The translations under genes and the position numbers were made by a program. Under the pieces are notes generated by a model. It did no database searches. It worked only from the letters and a program-made list of their open reading frames with translations, and was not told the DNA's origin. Positions 26,461-39,949 of a stretch of DNA of 64,000 bases are shown one piece after another; the first letter of the stretch is position 1, and the number at the start of each line of letters is the position of its first letter. The DNA is from Raillietiella orientalis. Lineage: Eukaryota. Location: assembly GCA_036172245.1 (NCBI GenBank), contig JAYWIR010000041.1, positions 992,001 to 1,056,000 on the forward strand, read 5' to 3'.

Positions 26461-27349
26461 ATGCTAACAAGAGGTCCTGGAAACTTCCAATAAGCAATTA
26501 TACCATCATATGTGGGAAAGTGTTCCCAACTTGCTTCAGTTCTAATGAATATCTTAGTGCAATCCAGCTAGGTAAAAGAAAAAAAATGACCTTTATTTGC
26601 ATGTGAGAGCATCCAAGAAAGCATTTACGTCGAAAATCTTCCCGATCCCTGCCACAAATAGATACTCTTCATGCAGTATTGTGGTAATTCAGGATGCTTT
26701 TCGCCTGAGGTTTTTTTTTTTTTTTTTTTTGTATTTTAAATTTTTCAGACGCACTTTGAACTCAAAATTTCGTTCCGCCAACGTGCAAGGACTGCATGAA
26801 AAGGGGAAGAAAGTGCAGATGAACACCAGAGTACGGAAGAAAGAAGCAAGAAAGCAACTGAGAATTGCGAGAAGTTTCGTCCTGGAGAGATTTTTCATTT
26901 ACTTTCCCGGAAGTTCTGCTTTTCGCATGTTCCCGCGTCATTTGCGAAAATTCCACCCGGAACTCCTCAACATTCAAGCGAAGAGCGAATTCTAAAGGGC
27001 AACTGTGTCTACACGGAGTCTCTCGGGGTACTAAAATAACATATACACGTATACTTTGCTAGTCATTAACAGGGATACCAAATATATTCGCGAGTATTGG
27101 CGAGATACCCGTTAATTTATTTCCTTTCCTCGAGACAACTGTGCTCTCGGTTCAAGAGAGATGCACTCCGAGAGCTGAGTCTCGGTCTGCCATGAGTGCC
27201 GCCTTTTCTCCAGCTCAGCGCACATTCCATGCCAGGAGCAGTGATGATCGATAAGGAAGACGTGTCATTTTGTGTTGCATTGCGGTACTGCGTCATTACC
27301 GCGACGCGGTGCGCAATTCTTGCAAGCATCCGCGGTGCCTGGAAAGCTC

Positions 27350-28000
27350 TTGAAGAAGCTGGAGAAGGAACCGGCTGCGAGAACAGGTTTCGGCAGTGAT
27401 AGCTAGGCAGAAATCAGCGGAGGACCAAGGAGAGAACCGGAAGGCGGTCGGAGAGACCTTGGAGGAGACGCCAGTCCATATCGATGGGTTCCTGGAGTCG
27501 GGAGCCCGTTTTTTTTACCGTGCAGCTCTGCATTCCCTCCCAAACGCGAGCGTGCGCCGGGGTGCGTAGGTAAAGGACTCCGGGAAAAACCTTGGCGTGC
27601 AGAAACAGTCTAGTGGAGCCTAGAAAAAGAGGCGTTGCTGCAGCAGCACCTAGGGAGCCGTGAGGCTAGTCGCTTTCAAGACGGAAGAGCAGGGGACGCA
27701 AGTGAAGGAGATTCGCCAGGAAGCCATGGCAACGGTATCTTGGAATGGATGCGCACTCATGCGGAGAGATTTTCCCACACCAAGCGCAGAGGCCATCGAT
27801 GCAGCAGGACACCTTGGAGCAGCAAGAAGAAATGCTCCAAGGAAGGGAGGAGAACGCTCGAGGGAGAATCAACCATGCATCTTCTTTCCCACGGCAGCGC
27901 CGTTCTCAAGCGGCGGTGAGGACGGAGAGGAAAGCTCGGTATGATGCTCAGTCCATGCAGGGAGGCCCTTCCCTCATCAGATCCTCCGTGGTGCAGAGAG
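27350..28000 (+). pseudogene. Possible NACHT remnant
   Basis: HIDGFLE (Walker B-like), RLVAFK and SSFPRQRRSQAA (cf. FPH.S.QE.LAA). Weak. Confidence 0.25.
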
Positions 28001-29199
28001 AAGAGAGCTTCGGGGAGCGCGTCTCTTTTCCCTCGAGGGACCTCCGAACGTAGCGAGGCAGTAGTCACACCGGTAGGACGCTGGCTTCCACAGAAGAAGT
28101 ATCAGAAGAGCACCAAAAGATGGCGACTTTCAGTAACACCAAGTGGAAGATGCCCAACGGTGGAACATCGGTGCTGGCATTTCATCCTGAGGAGGTGGGA
28201 AAAGCCGTGGACTCCAGCTTGCTGAACGTTTCCGGCATCACGTACCATACATGTACATATGTGGGAATATGATGCATGCAGTATTAGGCTCGAAGGTGAG
28301 TTTCCCCAACTCGGCTCCTCGTTTTGGCAGAGGGGGACACGGCATCGTTTCCGAGGAGACAAAGTGACGCTAAGATCGAAAACAACGAGCATTTGCAGAA
28401 TCAGGGTGTTCAGGCGACAAGAATCCGGAAGTTGACAAAGTAGCACTTTATGTGCAAGAAAGAATTATCCCCCGCACTGCTCCCTATTTCTTTCTGCTTC
28501 TTGTGTGCTTTAAAACATGGCCGACTCTTGAACGACTTGACCGAATTCGCTGGATTTCTTCCTTTTTTCTTTTTTTTTAGAAAATGGTGGTGAAATCCAC
28601 CATTCTGAATGTTTAATAAATGAAGTTATGATGCCAATTTTTTTCTTTTGATTTATAGAATTCAATTAGCACAGACAGGATTTTTTCAATATACAGTTTA
28701 ATCTCATCAAACAGTTATTAGCACATTGTGTGCAACATGAATACATTCAATTAATCTTTCAGTATTTAATCGCATTCGGTATGTCATTCGCACTGATGTC
28801 TTTGAAAGAGAATTAAAAATATGCTTTGATTTGTAAATAGAACACATGCTTGGAACTCCGATAAGTTTATAATATTCTATAGCGGGGGAGGACTGAAATG
28901 CGAAGAAGAAATGGAATTCGTGCGAACTACCAAACACGAAAGAGGGTGAGATGGGTGAGTTTACAGTTTGCGCATGCGCGCGCTCATTCCACGTACACAA
29001 ATTGAAAATCGCGCGAATTGACGCTGCTTTCGAGCGAGTCGGAGATCAAAGAGGAAACGGCACACTCTGAAGTATTTGCTTGATGATTGAGGTTTGCGTC
29101 TGATGTTAATGTAGATCAGAGTAAAGCCAGGAAGACTAAAAAAAAAAAAAAAAGTGCTTTTCCATTGCCATTGAGTAATGCTGGACAGAGCATATCTGC

Positions 29200-30760
29200 A
29201 TCGCAGTCAGCTCTTAAGAGTCCACCATTTCGGCGGTAGGGAAATTGGTTCCTTTTCCCACCGTCTTCCGCCCATGTGTGAGGGGGCTGCTTGCCTCATG
29301 GAACATGCATCACCCTCCATTCCTGCCGGAGGCTGCAGCATGGGGTTTTTCGCTTTTACCACATCTCAAGCACTTTCATCTTTTCTTCTTTCGTGGCCGC
29401 GGGCACGACCCCCGTCCTGATCTCGTTTCGATGCCTGGCTGCTTCGCAATCGTACCGTTCTTGAAGCTGGCCTCCATCTCTCCTGCTGAGATCGCGCACG
29501 AGGTTGCCTGGCAACAGGGATTCCTCCAGGAAGCGAATCGGCTTCGTCGGACTGTCGGGGAAACGCTTCCTTGTCCGGTGATGCACGTTCCCGTTAACGG
29601 ATAGCTGCGGTGAGGGCAAGGGTGCGTCTCCGGAATGCCACCTACGGATCCATCTGCATGCAGTGGATCAAGATTGAAGGAACGGGAGGCGAAACTGGGA
29701 GGAGCCCTGCATCCAGAGAGAGGAAGACAGATCACAGATAAAAAGAAGGAAGAAATGCTTGATAATTTAAGATAAGCTACGAACATGACAAAAAGGACGT
29801 GAGGGAACAACATGCCGTCTAGGGAGCTGACTCCTGCACCGGATTCTCTGGGCACGAGGCAAATCGATCATCGGTCCAAGGGAAAAGCGGACAGATAATT
29901 AAAGGATCCACACGTCAAATTGCGAATCTTTTAGTCTATACAAAAAAGAAAAAGAAAAGAAGAAGAGGGAAGAAAGGAGGAAAAGTCTTTCAGACAGCCG
30001 CAACTACAGACAGAAGCATCCGGATGATTTTGCCTTCTCGCGAAGAAGGCTCTTCGAATTTTTCAAGAGATGGAAACTTCCTCAAGACTTTTCCTGTTCG
30101 TGACGAGTGAGGACAGCTTTCTTTGGCCAGGGGGGGGTAAAAAATAAAAATTCGATCTCGCGTAATGATTTTCTCGGCCTGCTTTAGAGCGAGTTGAGAA
30201 AATCATTAGCACCGAAGAACCGCGCCTGGAGATTGATCGCCTAGCATCACCGTCTATGGAGCGAGTTCGCGAGTGAATGGTTCCGTTCTTATAAATGGCT
30301 CCGATGGCCATTTGCGTCACAACTTGATTGATTCCCTCTTCTGTCATGCAAGCACTCTTGACGTACTGCTTACGTAAACAAACGCCACACCTGATGTCCT
30401 CATTACGACTCAAACTCAGCACACAATCCACGCTTGCAAACACGGAAATGAAATGAAAAGAAAAGAAAATTTGCACCCTCGAAATTAGCGCCCAAGAGAC
30501 ACTAGAAGAAGCGGTCCAAAAGAGAATCCTCAAAACGCAACGGATGAGGTTCCTGGGTGGATGAAGCTAAGTGGACCATAGCGTCCACCAGCCAGAGAGC
30601 TCCAGGAAGGGACTCCCCCTTGCGACTGGATCTAGTTCTGCAAAAAAGGAAGTTGTGCAGTAGCGTTGGACGTCTGCTGCCTGTTTGAAGGTGGAAAAGG
30701 GGGCGTTCACCACAGCTAGGAGGGACAAGCTGGAAAAATATAAGGAAGCAGCCCCCCAGC
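29200..30760 (-). pseudogene. IRE1-like kinase plus KEN (RNase) domain pseudogene
   Basis: PRNLIRC (cf. HPNVIRY); CGVCLRKQYV...INQVVTQMAIG...TIH (cf. LC..TL.EYV...LLQQ...GL..IVH); then EESLLPGNLVRDLSRRDG (cf. IRE1 KEN KESLDGPIVKQLERGG) and KRKTPCCSL (cf. RNKKHHYREL). Confidence 0.4.
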
Positions 30761-31129
30761 TAAGCATGGAAGGGAAGCAGGGCGAGGTGTGTGCTCTCAT
30801 TGTGGGCTCAATGGGATCCTAGGAACCGGAGAACGAGGAAGTGCCACATAATCTTGGAATCTCGAAAAGGCATTCAGAGATGTTTGGAACGCGGTCCAAG
30901 ACGTTTATTTTGAAACAAGAACAAAATAAACTACAAGGAGGAAGGCAAGAAGGATATTCCCTGAGAAACAAGGAACACCAAAAAAAAGAAAAGAAGTTTA
31001 CCCGGGATAACCACCGGCGCGCAAACCGGCTTCCAAAAACTAGGGAACAGAGTGAGGGGAAAATAAATAAATAAAAAAAGACGGGAGTCTGGGGACAGGG
31101 ATCTTTGGTATGTAACAGAGAAGAAGAGG

Positions 31130-33165
31130 CAGAGGATGGTGGCTTCGTGCATCCGGTAATCCAGGGACATCTATGCTGCCCACACCACATGAGGGACCGA
31201 CAATAAGATACAGCCGGGGAACTCCAGCTATCAGCTCTCGCGAAACGGTGGACAGGAAGCTAAGGAAGAAACAGGCTGAGGGACAACCAGCGTTCCAAGA
31301 TGGACAGATGAGGAATCCCGGAAGAATGTCGAGAGCCCCCCTGTAACGAGATGTAAAATGTGAACCTTAAGCAACTTAGCTAGTACCCTTGAATTTCATA
31401 CGACTGCTGCAAAAATCTTCCTTGTGAATGTCCCCTAACGGAACCCCAAGGTACTTCAAGTACCATCCTGCGGGGAACCCCAAGCGGATCGGTCCGCTCT
31501 GACCCCTAGCTGGCTCCACCGATGAGCATTTACCCTGTTCAGCACGTACCGCGGCTTAGCAGTGGCAGGACCTGGCAGTCCTGCCACATCTACAACAACT
31601 TGGAACTTGCCAAGGTTCCGGTGCTCAGACAGGCGAGGCTCACCTTGGCAACGGAAGGAAGCACACCCGCCTCTTGCCGGAACGATCCGCAGTGTGGAGC
31701 AAGTTTGTGGCCTTCCTCTTCCGCCTCCTCCTTTTTGTTTGCTCCCCACCGACTAGCATTAAAAGGCGGAAGAAGGATTTCCTCAGAATCGCTCTCTGGA
31801 GCACAGGGAGGCCCCGAGTCCGACTGAAGGACTTGTGCGCTCTGCATCGCGACGGAGACCTCGGCCTCCTGATGCTGGAGCACCTGGAGCGGCAGTTCCA
31901 GTGAAGGACGCATGCCCTAGTGACGAATTTTTGCGGCACGAAGATACCTGGTCGAGCCATCCGCCGGCCACGCGGCACTGTCTTCGTTCCAGGCGCGGCG
32001 GCGCAGACGCAACGTGTCCCGCTGCGGACTGAAGCCCCGGCGAGACCAGGACCACGCAGACCAGGACCAACAACTGGATCTTCTGCCGACCCGCGAACGG
32101 TAGTGCCTGGCTTCACGAAACCGTTTGCACATGGGTCAAGAACAACGAAGCGAACACGGAGATGCGGCAGCCACTGCTGCACTCCTTTTACAGCAACCGC
32201 TCGCTGCAGGATGTCATCGTGCAGCCCACCACGTGTACGTGGGCACACAGAGCCTCCCTAGCTGCGGCAATGTCCTCCTTCAGGGAGCACCTGGACAGTA
32301 GTCAGCAGACCAAATGGGAGGTTCGAAGTGAGATTGGTGGGAGACCGAAGGTAGCTGGACCACGGGCCAGCTCACAGACGATGCGACTCCAAGTGCCCCA
32401 CCGAAGGGACTGTTGCGCTGGATCGAGCTGCTGGGAATCCCTCAGGCAGTGGCCCCCAGCATTGAAGAACAGCCGGGCCCTCCCCCGAAAGTGGCAAGGG
32501 TCGGCACTTCTGCCGTTGCACTGGGGTTTCCCGTACAACGCCCGCCGGTCTCAATGGATTTGAGGGGCTGTGTACCCGAACTATGGCAGGTGCAGGGAAC
32601 GGAAATCCCAGCTCCCGCACCTGCTTGTAGACTGTGTTGCCCTCCGGCCCCTATGGTTGCGTTTCTCAACGACCCTTGGCTCATCGAGGGACAATCCCAG
32701 GGACGGGATGAGGCCTCTTTTCGTGCGCGATGCCCTTTCGCCTGCCTCATCCCCAGCAGCTCTCTGCTGTCTACGTGGGATTGTGGCGGCCTGGAGCTAC
32801 GTGAGAGGAGGACGGCGTGATTGGGACGCCATCTGCTTCTCCCTGCGCTTCCTGCGGGTGGCAGCTAGATGATCCCACCCGGGACCCATACTCGGATGGA
32901 ACTTGTCGGCATCCTGGAAAGCATGAAGAGGACGCTCTCCAACAGACAGAAGTCCCTTCTTCTGCCCCCCAGAGTTTTTTTCATTATTGATTTTTATTTT
33001 TTTTGGTCCTTTCCCCCTCCGCTGCCGAGGCGGACCTTGCCGGCCTGCGTGCCGGTTACTCGGCAGGTTCCGAACATTCTCGGACTATGTAGGGCCGATG
33101 GCCTTACACATGTATGTGTAGTTTTTATAATGAATGTCCCGGCGTCACCGGGTGATGAACCCACG
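31130..33165 (+). mobile_element. L1/Tx1-like LINE, family X copy B (RT fragment to 3' end)
   Basis: RKLRKKQAEGQPAFQDG (RT domain 2-like); ALWSTGRPRVRLKDLCALHRDGDLGL (cf. FLW...RV....LC.....GGLGL); GRCRERKSQLPHLLVDC (CCHC); 3' UTR gccggcctgcgt at 33039; terminal aatgaatgtcccggcgtcaccgggt. Confidence 0.8.
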
Positions 33166-34419
33166 ATCTCATATGCATGTTTGTATCCATCCCCCGTTAA
33201 CAAGCCAGGTTCACGGAAGGCACCTGAGCCTTCTTGCTTGCTGTCATCTGTCGGTGGAATGCCAACTGTCCACCAATTCACGCGTTCCTGGAGTTCTGGA
33301 ATGATCGGGCAGCAAATTCGAAGATCACTCCGGCCCAGAGGTGGGCCTGATCCACACGGGGGTAGCATGAACCACACGAACAGTGCTGGATTTGCACAGC
33401 GGCGCGGAGTACCATGCGGCATGCCGTCTTCTAGTCAGGAAGAGTTGTTGCGATGGTTAGCTAAGAGTCAGCAGTGGAACGGTGTACTCTTAATTTCGGA
33501 ACTGCAATTGATGAAATGGATGGGGAAAGAGCTAAAGATGCATGTGGATGCAAAGAGTGACGACATCACTGTTTGAATGAGGGAGTATTTTATTGTGGAG
33601 CGAGTGGAGAGCAGGATGCATGGAGAGGAAAGAATGGAGCATATGGAGATCAAGTTGATTTCCAATCTAAGCCAAATTATTAATTATTTCGTGTTGGATA
33701 TGGTAATTAACATTCCAAGAAAGATTTAATGTTGGTGGAAATAAGGTAGGGGGATCAAGGAGACGATCCATGTATGGGGCATGGGCCAAATCCGCTTCTT
33801 TGGTTTAGGAACGGTACTGAACATGATATCTTTTTCTACGAGATGCTTTTATTTGAGGTACATTACTGTTGAAGGTGAACATGAGATATAAACTTGTGAG
33901 GGCGAGTTGCGGTCGAGTTCTTTTTTTTTAATTTTTACTTATTTTTATGTTGAAACTCGCCAACCGGGTTTTTATGGCGCGTCATGTAAATGTCATCTTC
34001 AAAATTTAATAAATGATAAAGGGAAAAGATCGAACCAAGCGAAAGTGAGAGTTGAGTGGTTATTGACGTGGGCTTTGAGAATTTTGATGGCTTTTGATTT
34101 TTATAATTTCAATCACAAAAGCGTGTAATTTTCACAGCGGTGCAGGGCACCTACCACGCAGCATCTCGGCTTCCTTTGCGAAGGGGATGGCATCGAGCGC
34201 CGCGCACACTTTCGATTTCTCGGGCGAATCCATCGCTCCGGATGAAGGAGCGAAGCCTCCACGGGCTACGCGAAATCCGGAGAATGATCGAAACGCGGGC
34301 CTCTTTCCATCAATTACTTAAGATGTAGCACGGTATTATGCAGCTGGAATTTCCCCAATCGGATTCTCTTCCGCTCTGTTCCTCAATAAAATCTAATGGC
34401 TTGCGGCAGCCCAGAGTTG

Positions 34420-35350
34420 TTGTGAAATGATGTGTGTTGTTTCCGGAGTTTGTCTCTTTCCATCCCCCGTTCTCATCCCAACGTCACGCACTAATCACAA
34501 GAAGTCAGGCATTATTTCAGATGAAAAGCTCTTCCTGAATGGACGTGCGCACGGGATCCCCTCCATCCTCCGTTACACGATGAAGAGCGTTTCTTTTAGC
34601 GTGGCTTCCTTTTCTCTTAGCCGATGAATCTGCTTATTGTTTTCGTCAGGAGATTCTGAGGCTAAAAGCAGGGCGGAATGATGGCAGGTTTTCGGAGACG
34701 TTTCCTCGTTGGTACCATCCGTAACTTGATAGGTACGTGCCTCAAGCGCACTCGGTTCCGTTCACTAGGGTTGCTGTGGTAACCGGGATGATGCGCACAT
34801 TGTATCTACGAAGTAGATCATCCAGCGAAGTGGTAAGAAACGGTATGGGAGCATTTTTTCGATGAGAGGCAGAAAAATGAGAAGGAAAATGAGAAGAAAG
34901 GGGGAGGGGGGAGGAAGCGCGGGAGAGAAAGAGGATAGCTTTAAGGATAAAATCTGCAAGTTTCACCGCTCACCGCTCTCGTTCCAATGAGAATCGGAAA
35001 GGACCACTGGAAAAGCAAAACAAGGAACCCAACTACGAAAGACTTGACCATTGTGGTGGTCGCTTCTACCTGGAACCGTGTGGCCCGGCTGATTGATTCA
35101 AGCGAGCGATGCCATTATATATCCAGTTCCACCGGCTAGATAAGTCCATGACAAGTGTCTGCATTCGATGCTTAGACGTCTGGAACGACCAAGTTGAAGC
35201 ACTTCATAAAACAGTGCTCTTGATACACCAAAGCCGTAATAAAGCATTTAAGCGAATGCTTCAAACGTCTCGCAACGGAATTCCGGCCTAATTTGCTCCT
35301 TTCGTTCTCATGCTCTCGGCCTCGTCACGTTTCGCCTTAGAAAGTCACAG
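34420..35350 (-). mobile_element. Gypsy/Ty3 integrase remnant
   Basis: QTLVMDL (first D region); PFLTTSLDDLLRRYNVRII (cf. F.S..F..L...Y.V.H); GYHSNPSERNR (cf. YHP..NP.ER.N). Confidence 0.5.
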
Positions 35351-35849
35351 TTTCAGTTCCCTTCCAAAGCAGCCATAGTGAAGCTTATCTCTTATGGATC
35401 GTTCACAAAGCCCACGTTACACACACAAACCAGACTCCTACGCGTTTTCGTGGTTGCATCTTTATAGCTGTTTTTCGAGGTAAGCGCTCCCGCATGTGCT
35501 CCCAAGATACAGAATAAGCCGTGAAATTTCACGAAAATGTAGCAGCCACATTTACATCTCGAAGGGAGTGCGTGTACTTTTATTTTGTGCTAAGGCTCCA
35601 TCCTTAACCACTGACGCCTGCCTCCGCTGAAACGGATCCACTCGGGGAACACCAACCACTGAAGATTTGGCTGTGGATTTCGTATTGGCAGCTGAAAACA
35701 ACAACGAAAATCAATTACTTTGCCATCAATCGTTACACTCAAAAAACAGATACGAGAACAGAGTCGTCCGAGCGAGACGAATGAGTGCATCCTTGAAGCG
35801 GAGCATCTACAGTCCAACTGCTTCAAAGAGGGGAAGCGGAATACCTTGG

Positions 35850-36680
35850 AAGAAAAGTATCCAAAGGACGATTTTAGGAAAGGACCAACACAAACGAGTC
35901 CTTTGAAGCAAGACTGGCCGGGGATGACCGAGGATCTCAGAATCTTAGTTTGGCATCTCAAGTCAAGCTTGCTCGAAGCAGCTGCGTCACTTCTTGGATT
36001 TCAGCTTCAGCTATGCAAAAATCAAAGAGAAATGAGGGCAAAGCATTCAGAGGCAAAAGGATTAGTGAGTTGAGTAAAAAGAGCAACTGTTTTTTGGTGG
36101 GATTCCAAGATGGGAGGAAGCGAGTTGTCTGGAGTCCGTCTGCGCGAAGTGAATTGCTAATTTCATGAGCCTAGGTGCTTCCACGAACAGTCAGCGGCAT
36201 CACTGGGGGGTTCTCCAAGGGTACAGTCCATGAGATCCGATCTCCACAGAGATGCCAAACCTTGGGATCTTGGAAGTTTCAGAAAACGGCAAACAAATAT
36301 GGAATGCCTTTCCTCGAATCCTCTGAAACAGAAGTTTTGGAGAGAGGAAGGCCAAGAAGTAGCCAGGGGAAGATGGCAAATGAGATGAAGTGATGTATTT
36401 GAGATTTCGAGATGCTGCCGAGTGAGTTGCACACAAGATGATTACATTTTGCAACGATGGTGAAAACGGCTACTGAGACCAGATGGGTAGACCATTAGCG
36501 AGAGGGATAAATTGGAAACGAAAACTTCAAAGTGAAATGAGACTTACACTGTGGTCCAGCCGTGATGAGCGCATTTGAAGAGAGAGAGAGAGAGAGAGAA
36601 GGAAAACTGTTGAGCGCCATTATGAACGGAGCATATCACAAAGTGCTGATTGGTTAGATTAGGGTAATTCGCAGTTGAAA
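35850..36680 (+). pseudogene. NACHT-domain remnant
   Basis: KRVL*SKTGRG (Walker A-like), CFLVGFQD (Walker B-like), GITGGFSKGTVHEI (cf. EI.GFS...V.EY) and AYHK (cf. F.HK), in order. Confidence 0.45.
36579..36599. repeat. (AG)n microsatellite
   Basis: Directly visible, about 10 units. Confidence 0.95.
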
Positions 36681-38989
36681 GAAAACAACTGAGATAGGAG
36701 AACACAGAACAGCAGCCAGTGAAAGGAAGAATTTCAAGGTTCGAGACCGAATTTCAAGATTCCATTCAAATCTCAGTAAAGGCAGAAAAGTTTTGTTAAT
36801 GGCCATTGTGACCATCATGAGGTGTTGTATACGCAGAGGTGATCAGGCAATCAGAGTTTAATGAATACGAAATGAGCACATTTCGCCAATCAGGGAAACT
36901 TCAATGGACTGAATGAAAAGAGCTGTGTTCTCTGAGAGATGCGGCGATCCATGAGGACGCGTTTGAGAACCATCGAGTGGAGAGTTCCCAAAGAGCAAGC
37001 AAAGAAGCGGTTAATTTGAACGCGGATCAGGGGTGGAAAGCGAAGAGGGAACTCCCCGGGACCGCGGTCGTTTGTCCAAAGATTGTTCCTGCAAGAAGTC
37101 GCCATCGCCTTGGGCATCTTTCAGTTTCATTTCTGATAGGAAGTTTTTGTCTTTTGGAATTCTAGTGCAGTGATCGACAAGGAAAGACTGCAAAAGACTG
37201 ACGCAGGAAGATAGAATGTTAATTAATGACTGTAGAAGTCTTTCCTTCAATACCTTTTTATTTGGAATATTTCATCTTGAAGTAGGTGAAATTGCGAAAC
37301 GAAAAGGAAGTATCAAAAGACTGATTTGCAGTGTAGTTACACTAATAAAAGGGAGAACGATTTTATGCTTGCGAGAGAAAAGCTGTTTGGAAAATGTCAT
37401 TACTCGGAGATGGCTTAGGAAATGCAGACACTCCATCAGGCAGTAAACAAAGCAACGGGATTTGGATGCGAGGAAGGAATACACAACTATATTTCAGGGT
37501 GTTCCATAAGTTTTCTCAGTTTCAAAGTTTTATCACCAGCAAAAAACACTAAGAAATATCATTTTATTTTGGGCTGACTCTGCTGATCCACAGTCTCTTT
37601 CTTGCCAGGATTTCAAGGCACAGAAAGTATTTAAAAAAGAATTCAATGCGATGTACTCAAAATGTGTTCCCGCGCTGTGTTGCGGCAAACACCCATCTCC
37701 TACGTCTAGCTTGGACATACCACTCCTGCCATTTACGGACTCTTTAAGAGCTGGATTCACAAACGAAACCTAGAAAAAAAAAATACCCCTTTCGCAACAT
37801 TGTGGAGACTCGAAAGATCATAGTAAAAAATCGAGGCAGTTTTTATTCTTCATCCGAAGGTCCAACGAGAAGTGGAATTTGTAAATGCCTGCTCTGAAGA
37901 TGCTTCGACAACTGCTGATGGTTCTTTTAGAGGAGCTTCCCCGCATCAAACACCCTCTTAACCACTGGAGATTCAGGAGGCCTTTAAGATGAGTCATCTG
38001 TGCTCCACCTGAGTTCTTTCAACAAGAGGTGCAGAGTCGATGTTTCCTGTTCTTGGAAATAAAGATTTAAGCACCCGAATGAGCTCAATGGAACTCATTG
38101 GATGTTTCGCGAAAAATGCATTCTTCCCTCTGATTTCAAGGAAGATTTAGTGCAAAGTGAGTTCAAGGATTCTAAGCGCTCTCTCTCATGATCATCTTTG
38201 CGCATCTTTAGAAATTCGAGCAAACCCCGGAAAGTAATTTGTGTAGACAAAGGAAATGGACGCTTGAAATGGATGCTATTTAAAATACGTGTATCAGTCT
38301 GCAATGGCCACGTTTCGACCTACTGAAAGTAGTCGAGACGGTTCTATCTAAAAATCTCTGAAAAAGCACTGAGGCAATTGTTTCCTTCTCCTTTTTTCTT
38401 CGGAAGATTTCTTGAGGTTTCTGTTGACCGGAAACCATTTCATTAAAGAGGAAGAAGAGTCCATACCTTTAGCAAACAGCGAGGTGTTTCTCGACTTGTT
38501 CCTCCTTGTTAGTTCAGATCGTGGGGCTCAGACCAGAAACCGATGACACGGGGATAGATGGGCGGCATACTTGGCATCGGAAGCGAAGACCGTAATAGTC
38601 GGGTGAGATATCGGAATTCCGCAGTCCAGGATCCGCGAGCAAAAATTAAAGGAAAATGTGGGGTCCGCATCTCCACGGAGGGTGTTATGATCGCAACATC
38701 TGTTATCGGTCATAATTTCTAGCTCCCTAATCACCGCTCTCCTGACGTTTATTTCGCGAAGATTGCAGCAGATTCCACTCTAGCATACATCTTCTCATAG
38801 CAACGCTCTCACTACCAACGCATGGTAACCGTCTATCAACTATTTTTAGTCCACACAAGCAGATCATCTCCCATCTCAGCAACTATATTATTATATTATT
38901 AATAGCAGCTGTGTTTGTGTGTGTTTATAGATAAAAATGCCGGGACCGTAATTACCGCTCACTTAATTCACCTGGAAATTGAATCGCGG

Positions 38990-39660
38990 TTCTGATTCCA
39001 AAATTTGTCTCCCGCGTTGATCTTGGGGACCCGAAAATCGCGTACACGAAAATCGTCTTTTGTCAGCTCTGCAACCTTGATGGTCATTCATCAAAACGGA
39101 ACCCACGAGAGAAAAATTTCGAGGAAGCAGCAGCCAGTCTTCAACCCGAGACAGCAAAAAGCAGAATGGCAGGTACGATTGAAAGAGGCAGACGAGCATC
39201 CTCTGCATCTTTTCACAAAAAGAGCGCTAAATAAATATGCAATTTTTCGGCAGCCTGTGCAAATCTCGGCTGAAAAGTACTTAAATGGAACGCGAGAGGC
39301 CAAAACAAGAAAACAAGTCGAACGGACTTCTTGCAAAGCCTTCTTCAAGATGAAAGGATTCTTGACGGGATTCTAAGCATTCGGATGAAAAATGGTCCGG
39401 ATTCTGGGAACAAAATGCATCCTTGGCGCAGATACGTAAGTAAATCCATTTCTTTAAATATTTTGAATTACTGCCATCTATCTTTTGGACAGATGGATAT
39501 ATAAAAAAAGTTTCAGCAACTGAGATGGTACACAACGGATGGATGCACCTGAAAGAGAGAGGATGAATGCTTGCCAAACACTCTTTGTAAATTGGTGGAG
39601 ATGACGCTGCAAAGATTCCTTGCTGCTCTCTGCAAATGCTCGTGGTGTGATCGTACGATC
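38990..39660 (+). pseudogene. NACHT-domain remnant (internally deleted)
   Basis: ALILGTRKSRTRKSSF (Walker A-like) and MTLQRFLAAL at ~39600-39630 (close match to H.TLQEFLAAL). Confidence 0.45.
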
Positions 39661-39949
39661 TTTCTGATTCGCGCTGAAGCGGATGCAGAAGATCACACCG
39701 TTCTAGGTGAAGAGATGGAAACAAAGGAGGCTGAACAAATAAGGAACATTTTCACGAAAGACACACAAAAACACCTCGTACGGGATCGTGCCAGAGGATC
39801 CAAGGTGTTTCGATGCGAGGTCAGTACAGGGTCAGAACTTGCAAGGGTGTCTTGAGAAGTATCGTAAAGCAGCAAAATTGCGTATTCCAGGGTTAATGAG
39901 CAAACCACTCCAGGGGTCGGAGGACACACCAGCGTGTTCCAAAATTAAT

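Noticed and set aside
37850..38400. hAT transposase C-terminus (PVVKRVFDAGKL, cf. S...ERVFS.AG)
   Set aside because: A single short motif with little supporting context; possible, but too weak to list as a feature.
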